A DNA stretch of 64,000 nucleotides from Alphaproteobacteria bacterium (GTDB lineage: Bacteria > Pseudomonadota > Alphaproteobacteria > SP197), in contig OZ245842.1 in assembly GCA_965228895.1 (NCBI GenBank), positions 2,839,964-2,903,963 on the forward strand, given 5' to 3'. Positions 48,730 through 56,892 of the stretch are shown one piece after another (position 1 is the first letter of the stretch; each line of letters starts with the position of its first letter). Position numbers and translations under genes: made by a program. The notes under the pieces were generated by a model. That model worked only from the letters and a program-made list of their open reading frames with translations. It was not told where the DNA came from and did not search any database.

Positions 48730-51282
48730 TCAGTTTCGATACTCCTCGGGGATGAAGAGCAGCGAATCCACCTCGGCGCCAATATGACAGTCGATGCAGA
48801 ACGCCACCTTTTCTGTACCCTCCCCGTTTGTGGTGCCGACAGTCTTGCCGTTGGGCATGATCAGGGTGTAGCGCCAGTCATCGGAGTCGGCGTTAAATCC
48901 CGAAGCCATCTTCTCCATGACAAACAACGGTCCGGGCACCACCGTGCCCTTTGCCGTCACCGCGAAGCTGTCCTTGGCCAGCACGGCACCAGCAGGCATG
49001 GTGCCGCCGTTTTCGTACTCGCCATATGACTGCGCCGCTGCGGCGTCAGCGTAATTGTTCACGAAGCGTCCGCCGTGGGTGTACGACTTGTAGGGCACGG
49101 AGTTGTACTTTTCCCATCCGCTGTAGGCGGACGAGATGTCAAGACCGGTGCTGGACATCAAATTGGCCTTGGCATAGCCGACTTCCATCTGCGCCTTGAT
49201 GCAGTCGTAAGCCGCCACAGCCTCGTCATTGGTCAGTTCGATGTCGACGCCGGCACCGCAGCCGCCGCACGCACCACAGCCGCCACACGCACCGCAACCG
49301 CCGCACGCACCACAGGCTCCACAAGCACCACAAGCACCACAGCCGCCACACGCACCGCAGCCACCGCAAGCGCCACAGGCTCCGCAAGCGCCGCAGGCCG
49401 AGCAGGCATCGCAGGCACTGCAGCCCGCCGCCATGCCGGCCGCAGGAACCGCCTCCGGATTCTCCTGCAAGCTCGCGCCGCAACCGCCGCACGCGCCACA
49501 GGCACCGCACGCGCCGCAGCCGCCACAGGCTCCGCAATCGGCCCAAGCGATGCTCGGCACCACGCAACCGGTGTCGGCTTCTGCCGCACAACCGCCGCAT
49601 GCACCACAACCACCGCACGCGCCACACGCTCCGCAAGCACCACACGCGCCGCAGCCACCACAGGCTCCGCATGCACCGCATGCACCGCATGCACCGCATG
49701 CACCGCATGCGTCACAAGCAGAACATGCGCCGCAAGCAGAACATGCGCCGCAGCCTGCCGCCATGCCGCTTGGCAACGCTTCCGGGTTCTCATGGCTGGC
49801 GCCATCTTCGTCGTCGGACCCGTCGGATTTCTCACCGCGCGGTTCCCACCAGTCCTCGCCGTCGCGTTTGGCACGCACTGCAAACTTCATGGCGCCATTC
49901 GAGTCTTCCAGGCTGGCGCCGCAACATCCACCACACGCACCGCAGGCATCACAGGCCGCGCAACACGCCGAGCACGCATCACACGCGCCGCAAGCCGAGC
50001 ACGCATCGCAGGCACCGCAGCCCGCCGCCATGCCAGTCGGCAGGGCGTCCGGATTGTCGAGGCTGGCGCCGCAGCATCCACCACACGCACCGCAGGCATC
50101 ACAAGCCGCACAACATGCCGAACACGCATCACACGCGCCGCAAGCCGAGCACGCATCGCACGCACCGCAGCCCGCCGCCATGCCGGTCGGCAGGGCGTCC
50201 GGATTGTCGAGGCTGGCGCCGCAGCATCCACCGCACGCACCGCAGGCATCACAGGCCGCACAACATGCCGAACACGCATCGCACGCGCCGCAAGCCGAGC
50301 ACGCATCGCACGCACCGCAGCCCGCCGCCATGCCGGTCGGCAGGGCGTCCGGATTGTCGAGGCTTGCGCCGCAACATCCACCGCACGCTCCGCAGGCATC
50401 ACAAGCCGCGCAACACGCCGAGCACGCATCACACGCGCCGCAAGCCGAGCACGCATCGCAGGCACCGCAGCCCGCCGCCATGCCAGTCGGCAGGGCGTCC
50501 GGATTGTCGAGGCTGGCGCCGCAACATCCACCGCAAGCTCCGCAGGCATCACAGGCCGCGCAACACGCCGAGCACGCATCACACGCGCCGCAAGCCGAGC
50601 ACGCATCGCACGCACCGCAGCCAGCCGCCATGCCGGTCGGCAGGGCGTCCGGATTGTCGAGGCTGGCGCCGCAACATCCACCGCAAGCTCCGCAGGCATC
50701 ACAAGCCGCGCAACATGCCGAACACGCATCACACGCGCCGCAAGCCGAGCACGCATCGCACGCACCGCAGCCCGCCGCCATGCCAGTCGGCAGGGCGTCC
50801 GGATTGTCGAGGCTTGCGCCGCAACATCCACCACACGCACCGCAGGCATCACAAGCCGCGCAACATGCCGAACACGCATCACACGCGCCGCAAGCCGAGC
50901 ACGCATCGCACGCACCGCAGCCCGCCGCCATGCCAGTCGGCAGGGCGTCCGGATTGTCGAGGCTTGCGCCGCAACATCCACCACACGCACCGCAGGCATC
51001 ACAGGCCGCGCAACACGCCGAACACGCATCGCACGCGCCGCAAGCCGAGCACGCATCGCACGCACCGCAGCCCGCCGCCATGCCGGTCAAAGCACGATCG
51101 GCGATGGACAAGGAGGCGGGCATGGGAACGGCGGCCGGATTTTCGACCGCGCGTGGATTGACAAGGCGACAGCTGGCGCGACCACAAGGCGCTGCCGCAA
51201 CGCTGACGGCAAGCGCAACGCCGGCGCCCATAAAGGCCGGCAGCATCGTGCTCGACAGCAGATTACGTTTGAGTTCACTCAT
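48730..51282 (-). CDS. Secreted giant Cys-periodic repeat protein fused to a cytochrome P460-like heme domain
   Basis: A GGGAGG ribosome-binding site sits 11 nt upstream. The signal peptide is 'MSELKRNLLSSTMLPAFMGAGVALAVSVAAAP'. Eight 43-aa units 'MAAGCGACDACSACGACDACSACCAACDACGACGGCCGASLDNPDALPTG' follow, then further (CxA/CxG)n blocks. The ~165-aa C-terminus 'DDWRYTLIMPNGK...VAFCIDCHIGAEVDSLLF' has a CXXCH motif and the P460/c'-beta family pattern. The heme domain has no signal peptide of its own, so it must be exported using the N-terminal one. Confidence 0.6.
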   Translation of the reverse strand: MSELKRNLLSSTMLPAFMGAGVALAVSVAAAPCGRASCRLVNPRAVENPAAVPMPASLSIADRALTGMAAGCGACDACSACGACDACSACCAACDACGACGGCCGASLDNPDALPTGMAAGCGACDACSACGACDACSACCAACDACGACGGCCGASLDNPDALPTGMAAGCGACDACSACGACDACSACCAACDACGACGGCCGASLDNPDALPTGMAAGCGACDACSACGACDACSACCAACDACGACGGCCGASLDNPDALPTGMAAGCGACDACSACGACDACSACCAACDACGACGGCCGASLDNPDALPTGMAAGCGACDACSACGACDACSACCAACDACGACGGCCGASLDNPDALPTGMAAGCGACDACSACGACDACSACCAACDACGACGGCCGASLDNPDALPTGMAAGCGACDACSACGACDACSACCAACDACGACGGCCGASLEDSNGAMKFAVRAKRDGEDWWEPRGEKSDGSDDEDGASHENPEALPSGMAAGCGACSACGACSACDACGACGACGACGACGACGGCGACGACGACGACGGCGACGGCAAEADTGCVVPSIAWADCGACGGCGACGACGACGGCGASLQENPEAVPAAGMAAGCSACDACSACGACGACGACGGCGACGGCGACGACGACGACGGCGACGGCGACGGCGAGVDIELTNDEAVAAYDCIKAQMEVGYAKANLMSSTGLDISSAYSGWEKYNSVPYKSYTHGGRFVNNYADAAAAQSYGEYENGGTMPAGAVLAKDSFAVTAKGTVVPGPLFVMEKMASGFNADSDDWRYTLIMPNGKTVGTTNGEGTEKVAFCIDCHIGAEVDSLLFIPEEYRN
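49990..51081. repeat. Eight near-identical tandem 129-bp in-frame DNA repeats
   Basis: The period is 129 bp and the units are nearly identical, differing by about 1-5 nt each. A less regular 9-bp (CxA)n periodicity continues to about 49230. Confidence 0.85.
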
Positions 51283-51457
51283 AACCGAAGAAACCTCCCA
51301 AATATCCCAGTTGCCCTGCCCTCACGACAACGTGTCGACCGCTGCCTTTGAAAGTCGGCGAAACTATCGCCCCATAGCTCGAGGGTGCAGGGCGATGATA
51401 TCGACTGACTTCGACATGGAACCAGTGATTTCCCTTTCACGTTAGCGTGAGAATGTA

Positions 51458-52336
51458 GTGGTGAAAAAGCCAGGGCTAGTGCGGCTTTCCGGCCTAACAC
51501 TTGTAATCTTTGCAGGCATAGTGATGACGCCGGCATGGGCCCAGGACCCACCCCTGCCCGGCATGGACGTCATCGAGATTCCGGCCGGATCGTTTCTTGC
51601 CGGATCAACATCGGAAGAACGCGAGCGCGCCTATCAGCTCGACGAAGCTGCTTACGGCCACAGCCGCACCCGCGAACGCGGCTGGTACGAAGACGATGAC
51701 GACCTGCACGAGGTCTATCTCGACACCTATTGGATCACCAAGAATCTGATCACCAACGCCCAGTATCAGGTCTTTGTCGAGGCTACGGGCCATCGAGTCC
51801 CGGACATCGACAAGGAGACCTGGGACGGCTTCGGCCTGATCCACCCTTACGAAAGAACGCGTCAATTCGCCTGGACAGATGGTGTGCCGCCGACCGGCCG
51901 CGAGGATCATCCGGTGGTCATGGTCAACCATGCCGATGCAACAGCGTTCGCCGTATGGCTATCTGAGGAAACCGGTCAGACCTGGCGGTTGCCGAGCGAA
52001 ATGGAGTGGCAAAAGGCGGCGCGCGGCACGGACGGGCGGATGTTCCCGTGGGGCGACGAATGGGATCCCAACCTGGCGAACACGCACGATGCCGGCCCGT
52101 TTCGAACCGTGCCGGTGGGCTCTTTTCCCGAAGCCGCAAGTCCTTATGGCATGTTGGATGCCGCGGGCCAGGTGTTTGAATGGACGACGACCTTGAAACG
52201 CCCCGGCCGTTACTGGGTCAAGGGCGGGTCCTGGGATGACCGCGGGTGCGGCGTGTGCCGGCCAGCCGACCGGCACAGCCGCCCCGAGGACATTCAGCAC
52301 ATACTTGTCGGATTCAGGCTCGTGCTGGAACCCTGA
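51458..52336 (+). CDS. Secreted FGE-sulfatase (SUMF1/EgtB/PvdO) family protein
   Basis: The signal peptide is 'LTLVIFAGIVMTPAWAQ'. Family motifs are 'HPVVMVNHADATAFAVWLS', 'RLPSEMEWQKAARG' and 'GNVFEWT'-like 'GQVFEWTT'. Confidence 0.75.
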   Translation: MVKKPGLVRLSGLTLVIFAGIVMTPAWAQDPPLPGMDVIEIPAGSFLAGSTSEERERAYQLDEAAYGHSRTRERGWYEDDDDLHEVYLDTYWITKNLITNAQYQVFVEATGHRVPDIDKETWDGFGLIHPYERTRQFAWTDGVPPTGREDHPVVMVNHADATAFAVWLSEETGQTWRLPSEMEWQKAARGTDGRMFPWGDEWDPNLANTHDAGPFRTVPVGSFPEAASPYGMLDAAGQVFEWTTTLKRPGRYWVKGGSWDDRGCGVCRPADRHSRPEDIQHILVGFRLVLEP

Positions 52337-52647
52337 GCCAGGCGCATGGGACCGGCCGGCGGCGCCTCAAGCGCCAGAAGGTTCCGCTCCTCGGCCGCCT
52401 CATAGGACGTTGTCCCTCGATCGGCGTGACCCGGCAGACCGGCCAGATGCGCTTCCGGCTGCCAACCACCGCGCGGCACTTCAACGCCGTGCAAGGCGAT
52501 GTCCGCTTTGTGTGAGTTCTGATCAACACAGGCTATGGCCTGACTGGCCACCGACGTCGAGTCGCGCCATCCCCAAACAGCGATGATGGCGAAGGCCAGC
52601 GCGGCTACGACGAGCCAAGCGCCTAAGACTTCACGTATCGACTGCAT
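52294..52647 (-). CDS. Small membrane-anchored hypothetical protein
   Basis: Reads 'MQSIREVLGAWLVVAALAFAIIAVWGW...'. It is convergent with the FGE-like gene and overlaps its 3' end, which weakens the call. Confidence 0.3.
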   Translation of the reverse strand: MQSIREVLGAWLVVAALAFAIIAVWGWRDSTSVASQAIACVDQNSHKADIALHGVEVPRGGWQPEAHLAGLPGHADRGTTSYEAAEERNLLALEAPPAGPMRLAQGSSTSLNPTSMC

Positions 52648-52800
52648 ACCCTTGATCTCCAATGTAAAAGCGGCCTTACCTGGCCGCGTGGGCCTCACCT
52701 GGCCTCGTGCGTTGCCACCATATGGTCATGAGGAATACGCAAGAAAAGGCACAAACGATCATCGCCCAGTCACATATGCTTCACGTAATCGATCACAATC

Positions 52801-53592
52801 TTGAAAGGTGGTGGCGCTGACGCCATCCTCACGCCCATGGCAATGACAGAAACCGCGACACCGGGCCTGGACGTCGATCTACCGCGACGGGTCCAGCTCG
52901 ATGATTTGGACCGCAGCGACCTCGAAGAGATGCTCGAGGCCGGGCGTGATGTGCTCGAATGCTACCGGGTGCTGCGCAAAAACAACGACAACGTGGTCGG
53001 CGAACTGCTGCGCGACGTCGAAACCTTCTACCAGTGGCAGCACTATCCAAAGGGTGACATCTTCGACCGGGAGACCGGCAGCCAGTTCTATTATCACGCC
53101 CACCCTAAGGCCAGCCGGCCGGGTGAGCATGGCCATTTCCACACCTTCATGCGCGCCAAAGGGATGCCCAAGGGCACCGAACCCGTCCCTTACGACGGCG
53201 ACAAGGTGTGGCCCTTGGGTCCCGATGCGCTGAGCCATCTGATCGCGATATCGATGGATCCAAAGGGGTATCCCATCGGCTTGTTCACGGTGAACCGGTG
53301 GGTCACCGGGGACACGTGGTATGCCGCCGAGGATGTGGTGAAGATGGTCGACCTGTTCGACATCGATCACGCCCGCCCCTCCTGGCCGGTCAACCGCTGG
53401 GTCACGGCGATGATGCGCCTGTTCCGTCCGCTGGTGCATGACCTCGTAAGGGAACGCGATCTGGTCATGGCGGCATGGCGCGACAGTCATCCGGGAACCG
53501 ATGTCTATGCCGACCACGGTCTTGAGATCACGTCGGCCAGCACGATTTCCGTCGAGAAGCAGATCACGCGCATCCGCAGTCTTCTCGCCTAG
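52801..53592 (+). CDS. Conserved hypothetical protein
   Basis: 263 aa containing 'YYHAHPKASRPGEHGHFHTF'. I do not recognise a characterised family. The start may be the internal 'MAMTETA'. Confidence 0.45.
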   Translation: MKGGGADAILTPMAMTETATPGLDVDLPRRVQLDDLDRSDLEEMLEAGRDVLECYRVLRKNNDNVVGELLRDVETFYQWQHYPKGDIFDRETGSQFYYHAHPKASRPGEHGHFHTFMRAKGMPKGTEPVPYDGDKVWPLGPDALSHLIAISMDPKGYPIGLFTVNRWVTGDTWYAAEDVVKMVDLFDIDHARPSWPVNRWVTAMMRLFRPLVHDLVRERDLVMAAWRDSHPGTDVYADHGLEITSASTISVEKQITRIRSLLA

Positions 53593-53643
53593 AACAGATC
53601 CCGTATTGCCGATCTGCCCGCTCCTGCGGTGCCTCAAACAAGT

Positions 53644-53680
53644 GGCGCCGTCTCCGGGAGGGGGGATCGGAGACGGCGCC
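53644..53680 (+). terminator. Perfect 13-bp stem hairpin downstream of the 52801 gene
   Basis: GGCGCCGTCTCCG-ggaggggggat-CGGAGACGGCGCC. The trailing T-tract is weak (TATTACAAAG), so this may be a Rho-dependent or structural element. Confidence 0.4.
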
Positions 53681-54053
53681 TATTACAAAGACCGAAATGA
53701 ACTGGCGAAAACCCTATTGGGGGACGGGGTGGGTTTCACCAAACCGGAGAGAATCCAGGGGAGTACATTCCCCCCGGCCTACGACGCTGCGAGTCGTCTT
53801 CCGGCCTTCCTTGCCCCAGATATGTCGATCCGAAGCCCCTTGTACAAGACCATGAATGACGCCTCGCACCGATGTGATGGAACATTGAGCGAGTTTTTGC
53901 ACAGATCACAAATTTGCCCGCTAAATCATCAGCTTCGGGCGTCTGTTCGCGTTGTTAACTGCCACGTTTTTGCCGGATTTAATGGGGCTAGAAAACCGCC
54001 GGGACTACAACCGCTTGCACAGCGCGCCATTGCGCCGGGGGAATCGGAAACGA

Positions 54054-54572
54054 TCATTCGGCAAAGCCTATCCATGGCGAATCGGGCTTACGGCTGAATG
54101 CCGCCGAGCCATCCGCGACCTGCGCCTGAACGGTCTTCCAGTTATCGGCGCCGCGCGTGATGCGCGAACGCATGTCGGAGGTCCATTGGCCTTTAACCTG
54201 TTCATCCCAATTCAGATAGAGCTTGTCGTCGACAACGCTCCACGCCGTCGCGGGATCGACTTCGGCGGCATACGCGCCAACCGACAGCGCATAGGCACAC
54301 CAACCGCCGAACTGCGGCGCGTAGGCTTCGGGATCGCCGGCAAAGAGGTCACGGTTTTCGGCGCTGGCGAAATGCCACGTCGCGCCGTTCCAAGCATGGC
54401 TCAGTGTGGGATCGCCTTGCACGGCTTCACCTTGGGTGAAGTAAGCGACCGTGTCATAGCCACCAATCGCGACGCCATCGGGCGTCACATTCACTGAGCT
54501 GTCGGCATGCGCCCAATGGGTGAAGAGCGCCGACGCCAGCATCACACACAGCACGAAAGCGATTCGTCGCAT
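54054..54572 (-). CDS. Secreted YHS-domain protein
   Basis: The start is trimmed to 'MRRIAFVLCVMLASALFTHWAHA'. 'AIGGYDTVAYF' and 'GGWCAYAL' are YHS-like. Confidence 0.55.
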   Translation of the reverse strand: MRRIAFVLCVMLASALFTHWAHADSSVNVTPDGVAIGGYDTVAYFTQGEAVQGDPTLSHAWNGATWHFASAENRDLFAGDPEAYAPQFGGWCAYALSVGAYAAEVDPATAWSVVDDKLYLNWDEQVKGQWTSDMRSRITRGADNWKTVQAQVADGSAAFSRKPDSPWIGFAE

Positions 54573-54668
54573 AGCCCGATCCTCTCCGGTCGTTTCGCGC
54601 AACATCATCGGCCAAAGTGACCTCGACGCGCCAATCGCCGTTGGCCACCATGTCGATAGCCTGGTGCT

Positions 54669-54681
54669 ATGGTCCGACCAT
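54669..54681. promoter_or_regulatory. 13-bp perfect palindrome in the divergent YHS/ZIP promoter
   Basis: ATGGTC-C-GACCAT lies about 40 bp upstream of the ZIP transporter start. It is a candidate operator for a metalloregulator. Confidence 0.35.
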
Positions 54682-54719
54682 CGCATCACCGGCGCCAACC
54701 CGCTGCAGGAATCCTGCCG

Positions 54720-55403
54720 ATGACGAATACTCTCTTAGGGGTTCTCGCCTTCACGCTGATCCCCTGTATCGGCATTCTTGCCGGCAGCGCAGCCGCCCTG
54801 GCACGTGCGCCAGGGCCGAGACTGATCAGCGCGTTTCAGCACTTTGCCGCCGGTGTGGTGTTTGCCGCGGTGGCGGTGGAACTACTGCCGCAACTCCACA
54901 CTCTGGATTCACCAGTCGCCATGATCGTCGGCTTTGTGCTGGGGATCGGGGCGATGCTGATGTTCAAGGCCCTGTTCGAAGATGCCGGTATCGTTGTTCC
55001 CATGACCGTGGACCTTTTCGTCGACGGCTTACTGATCGCCGTCGGTTTTGCTGCCGGCGTGATGGGCGGGACGGTTCTGTTGATTGGCCTGACGCTGGAA
55101 ACGCTGTCGCTGGGACTGTCGACGGCCCCCGCGCTGGTAAAGCGCGGCATGACACGGTCGCGGGCTGTTGTGATGTTGGTCGCGATCAGCCTGGCCATCC
55201 TTGTCGGCGCGGCGGCCGGTCATCTCATTGCCGGCATGTCGGGCGCCTTTCTGGCCGGTATTCTTGGTTTCGGTGTCGCGGCGCTGCTCTATCTGGTGAC
55301 CGAAGAATTGTTGAGCGAAGCGCACGAGGTGCCGGATACGCCGATCGTCACCGCGACCTTCTTCGCCGGTTTCCTGGTGCCTATCGTGATAGCGGCCGCC
55401 TGA
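54720..55403 (+). CDS. zupT: ZIP-family metal (zinc) transporter
   Basis: The start is trimmed to 'MTNTLLGVLAF'. Eight helices are predicted, with a metal-binding TM4-5 region 'HLIAGMSG' and the ZIP signature 'LVTEELLSEAHE'. Confidence 0.7.
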   Translation: MTNTLLGVLAFTLIPCIGILAGSAAALARAPGPRLISAFQHFAAGVVFAAVAVELLPQLHTLDSPVAMIVGFVLGIGAMLMFKALFEDAGIVVPMTVDLFVDGLLIAVGFAAGVMGGTVLLIGLTLETLSLGLSTAPALVKRGMTRSRAVVMLVAISLAILVGAAAGHLIAGMSGAFLAGILGFGVAALLYLVTEELLSEAHEVPDTPIVTATFFAGFLVPIVIAAA

Positions 55404-55532
55404 GACACTCTCCGATCAATCTTCACCACCGGCCCACTCCCCCGCCCGGCCACGCCGAGGATGCTGCAATGGCTGGCCGGGCGCGGGAGTGGGCCGGCTA
55501 CGATGCGAAGGCAAATGCTCAAACACCGCTCG

Positions 55533-56786
55533 CTAGCGATCGACCACCACCTGACCCTGACGCACGGCTCGGTAGAGTGGGTTACGTCCGACCCAATAGG
55601 CGAGATCGCCCGGGCGCTCGATGTTCCAGATCGCCAGATCGGCCGCCTTGCCCACCTCCAGTGTGCCATGCGTCGCGCCCATGCCGAGCGCAAGGGCGGC
55701 ATTGCGCGTCACGCCAGCCAGTGCCTCCTGGGGCGTCAACCGGAACAAGGTGGCCGCCATGCTGAGCATCAACAACAGCGACAACACCGGTGAGCTGCCC
55801 GGGTTGGCATCGGTCGCGACGGCAATCGGCACGCCCCGTTCGCGCAACAGGTCGACGGGCGGGAGCTTGGTTTCGCGCAGGACATAGAACGCACCGGGCA
55901 GCAGCACCGCCACCGTACCGGCCTTTGCCATCGCCTCGACACCGTCGGCTGAGAGATACTCCAGATGATCGGCCGAGAGCGCACCGTAGTCCGCGGCAAG
56001 CGCGGCGCCTCCCATGTCGGAAAGCTGTTCGGCGTGGATCTTGGTCGGCAGTCCAAGGTCGCGCGCCTTCATAAGGACACGTTCGGTGTTGGCCAGGTCA
56101 AAGCCGATGGTTTCACAGAAGACGTCGACGGCATCGGCCAATCCCGCGCGTGCCGCCGCCGGCATCATCTCGTCGACGACAAGGTCGATATAGGCATCTT
56201 CGCGGTCCTTAAAGTCTTCCGGCAAAGCATGCGCACCAAGGAAAGTTGTCTTGATCGTCACCGGCCGCATCTCCGCAAGCCGACGTGCCACCGATAACAT
56301 CTTCAGTTCGCTCTCGGTCTCCAGACCGTAACCAGATTTGATCTCAATCGTCGTCACGCCTTCCGCGCGCAACACATCGAGACGCGGTAACGCCAGGTCG
56401 ACAAGTTGATCGTCACTGGCGCTGCGTGTCGCACGCACGGTCGAGAGGATGCCGCCGCCTGCTTGTTGCAGCTCGGCATAGCTGGCGCCGTTGAGCCGCA
56501 TCTCGAACTCCTGCGAACGGTCACCGCCGAATACGAGATGGGTATGACAGTCGATCAACCCGGGCGTCACCCAGCGTCCGTCGCCATACCATACGTCGTG
56601 CGCCAACGACGACGGCTGGCCAGGCAAGTCCGAAGCCGGACCGGCAAAGACGATCTCGCCGTCGGCAATAGCCAAGGCGCCGTGGTCGATGGCGCCATAC
56701 CCGTCCTCCCCTGGCAGCATGGTCGCCAGGCGCACGTCCAGCCACAGCGTATCCCACATGGTTGCCACGCTTTCCTTTTCGATCAT
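55533..56786 (-). CDS. hutI: Imidazolonepropionase
   Basis: Contains '[13 protein letters not shown]' and 'KIHAEQLS', plus '[11 protein letters not shown]', which is the HutI metal site. Confidence 0.85.
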   Translation of the reverse strand: MIEKESVATMWDTLWLDVRLATMLPGEDGYGAIDHGALAIADGEIVFAGPASDLPGQPSSLAHDVWYGDGRWVTPGLIDCHTHLVFGGDRSQEFEMRLNGASYAELQQAGGGILSTVRATRSASDDQLVDLALPRLDVLRAEGVTTIEIKSGYGLETESELKMLSVARRLAEMRPVTIKTTFLGAHALPEDFKDREDAYIDLVVDEMMPAAARAGLADAVDVFCETIGFDLANTERVLMKARDLGLPTKIHAEQLSDMGGAALAADYGALSADHLEYLSADGVEAMAKAGTVAVLLPGAFYVLRETKLPPVDLLRERGVPIAVATDANPGSSPVLSLLLMLSMAATLFRLTPQEALAGVTRNAALALGMGATHGTLEVGKAADLAIWNIERPGDLAYWVGRNPLYRAVRQGQVVVDR

Positions 56787-56892
56787 GAAGTGGCACGCTT
56801 ATGCGGCTTTGCGCCGCTGTGCAAGGTGTCGACTGACAAGATGGTGGTGGTTCTGCGCTGCGTGGCGAGTGTCGGCGCGAGATTGGGGAGCC

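Noticed and set aside
49990-51081. 129-bp tandem repeats considered as a possible CRISPR array.
   Set aside because: There are no variable spacers: every unit is repeat-like, and the period is an in-frame multiple of 3 inside a coding region. No cas genes are nearby.
49075-51445. Long plus-strand and alternative minus-strand ORFs across the repeat region (49075..51351+, 49229..51445+, 49599..51161+, 49887..51065-, 49233..49883-).
   Set aside because: They arise because the GC-rich, stop-free repeats are open in all six frames. Their products are pure low-complexity sequence (PQ/HA, RT/AA or RR/HR rich) with no signal peptide, no ribosome-binding site and no folded domain. Only the 48730..51282 minus frame links a signal peptide to the heme domain.
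53501-54097. A 198-aa ORF spanning the 53.6-54.0 kb gap.
   Set aside because: It begins inside the 52801 gene in another frame, crosses the hairpin, and has no ribosome-binding site or recognisable domain. The region is more likely noncoding.
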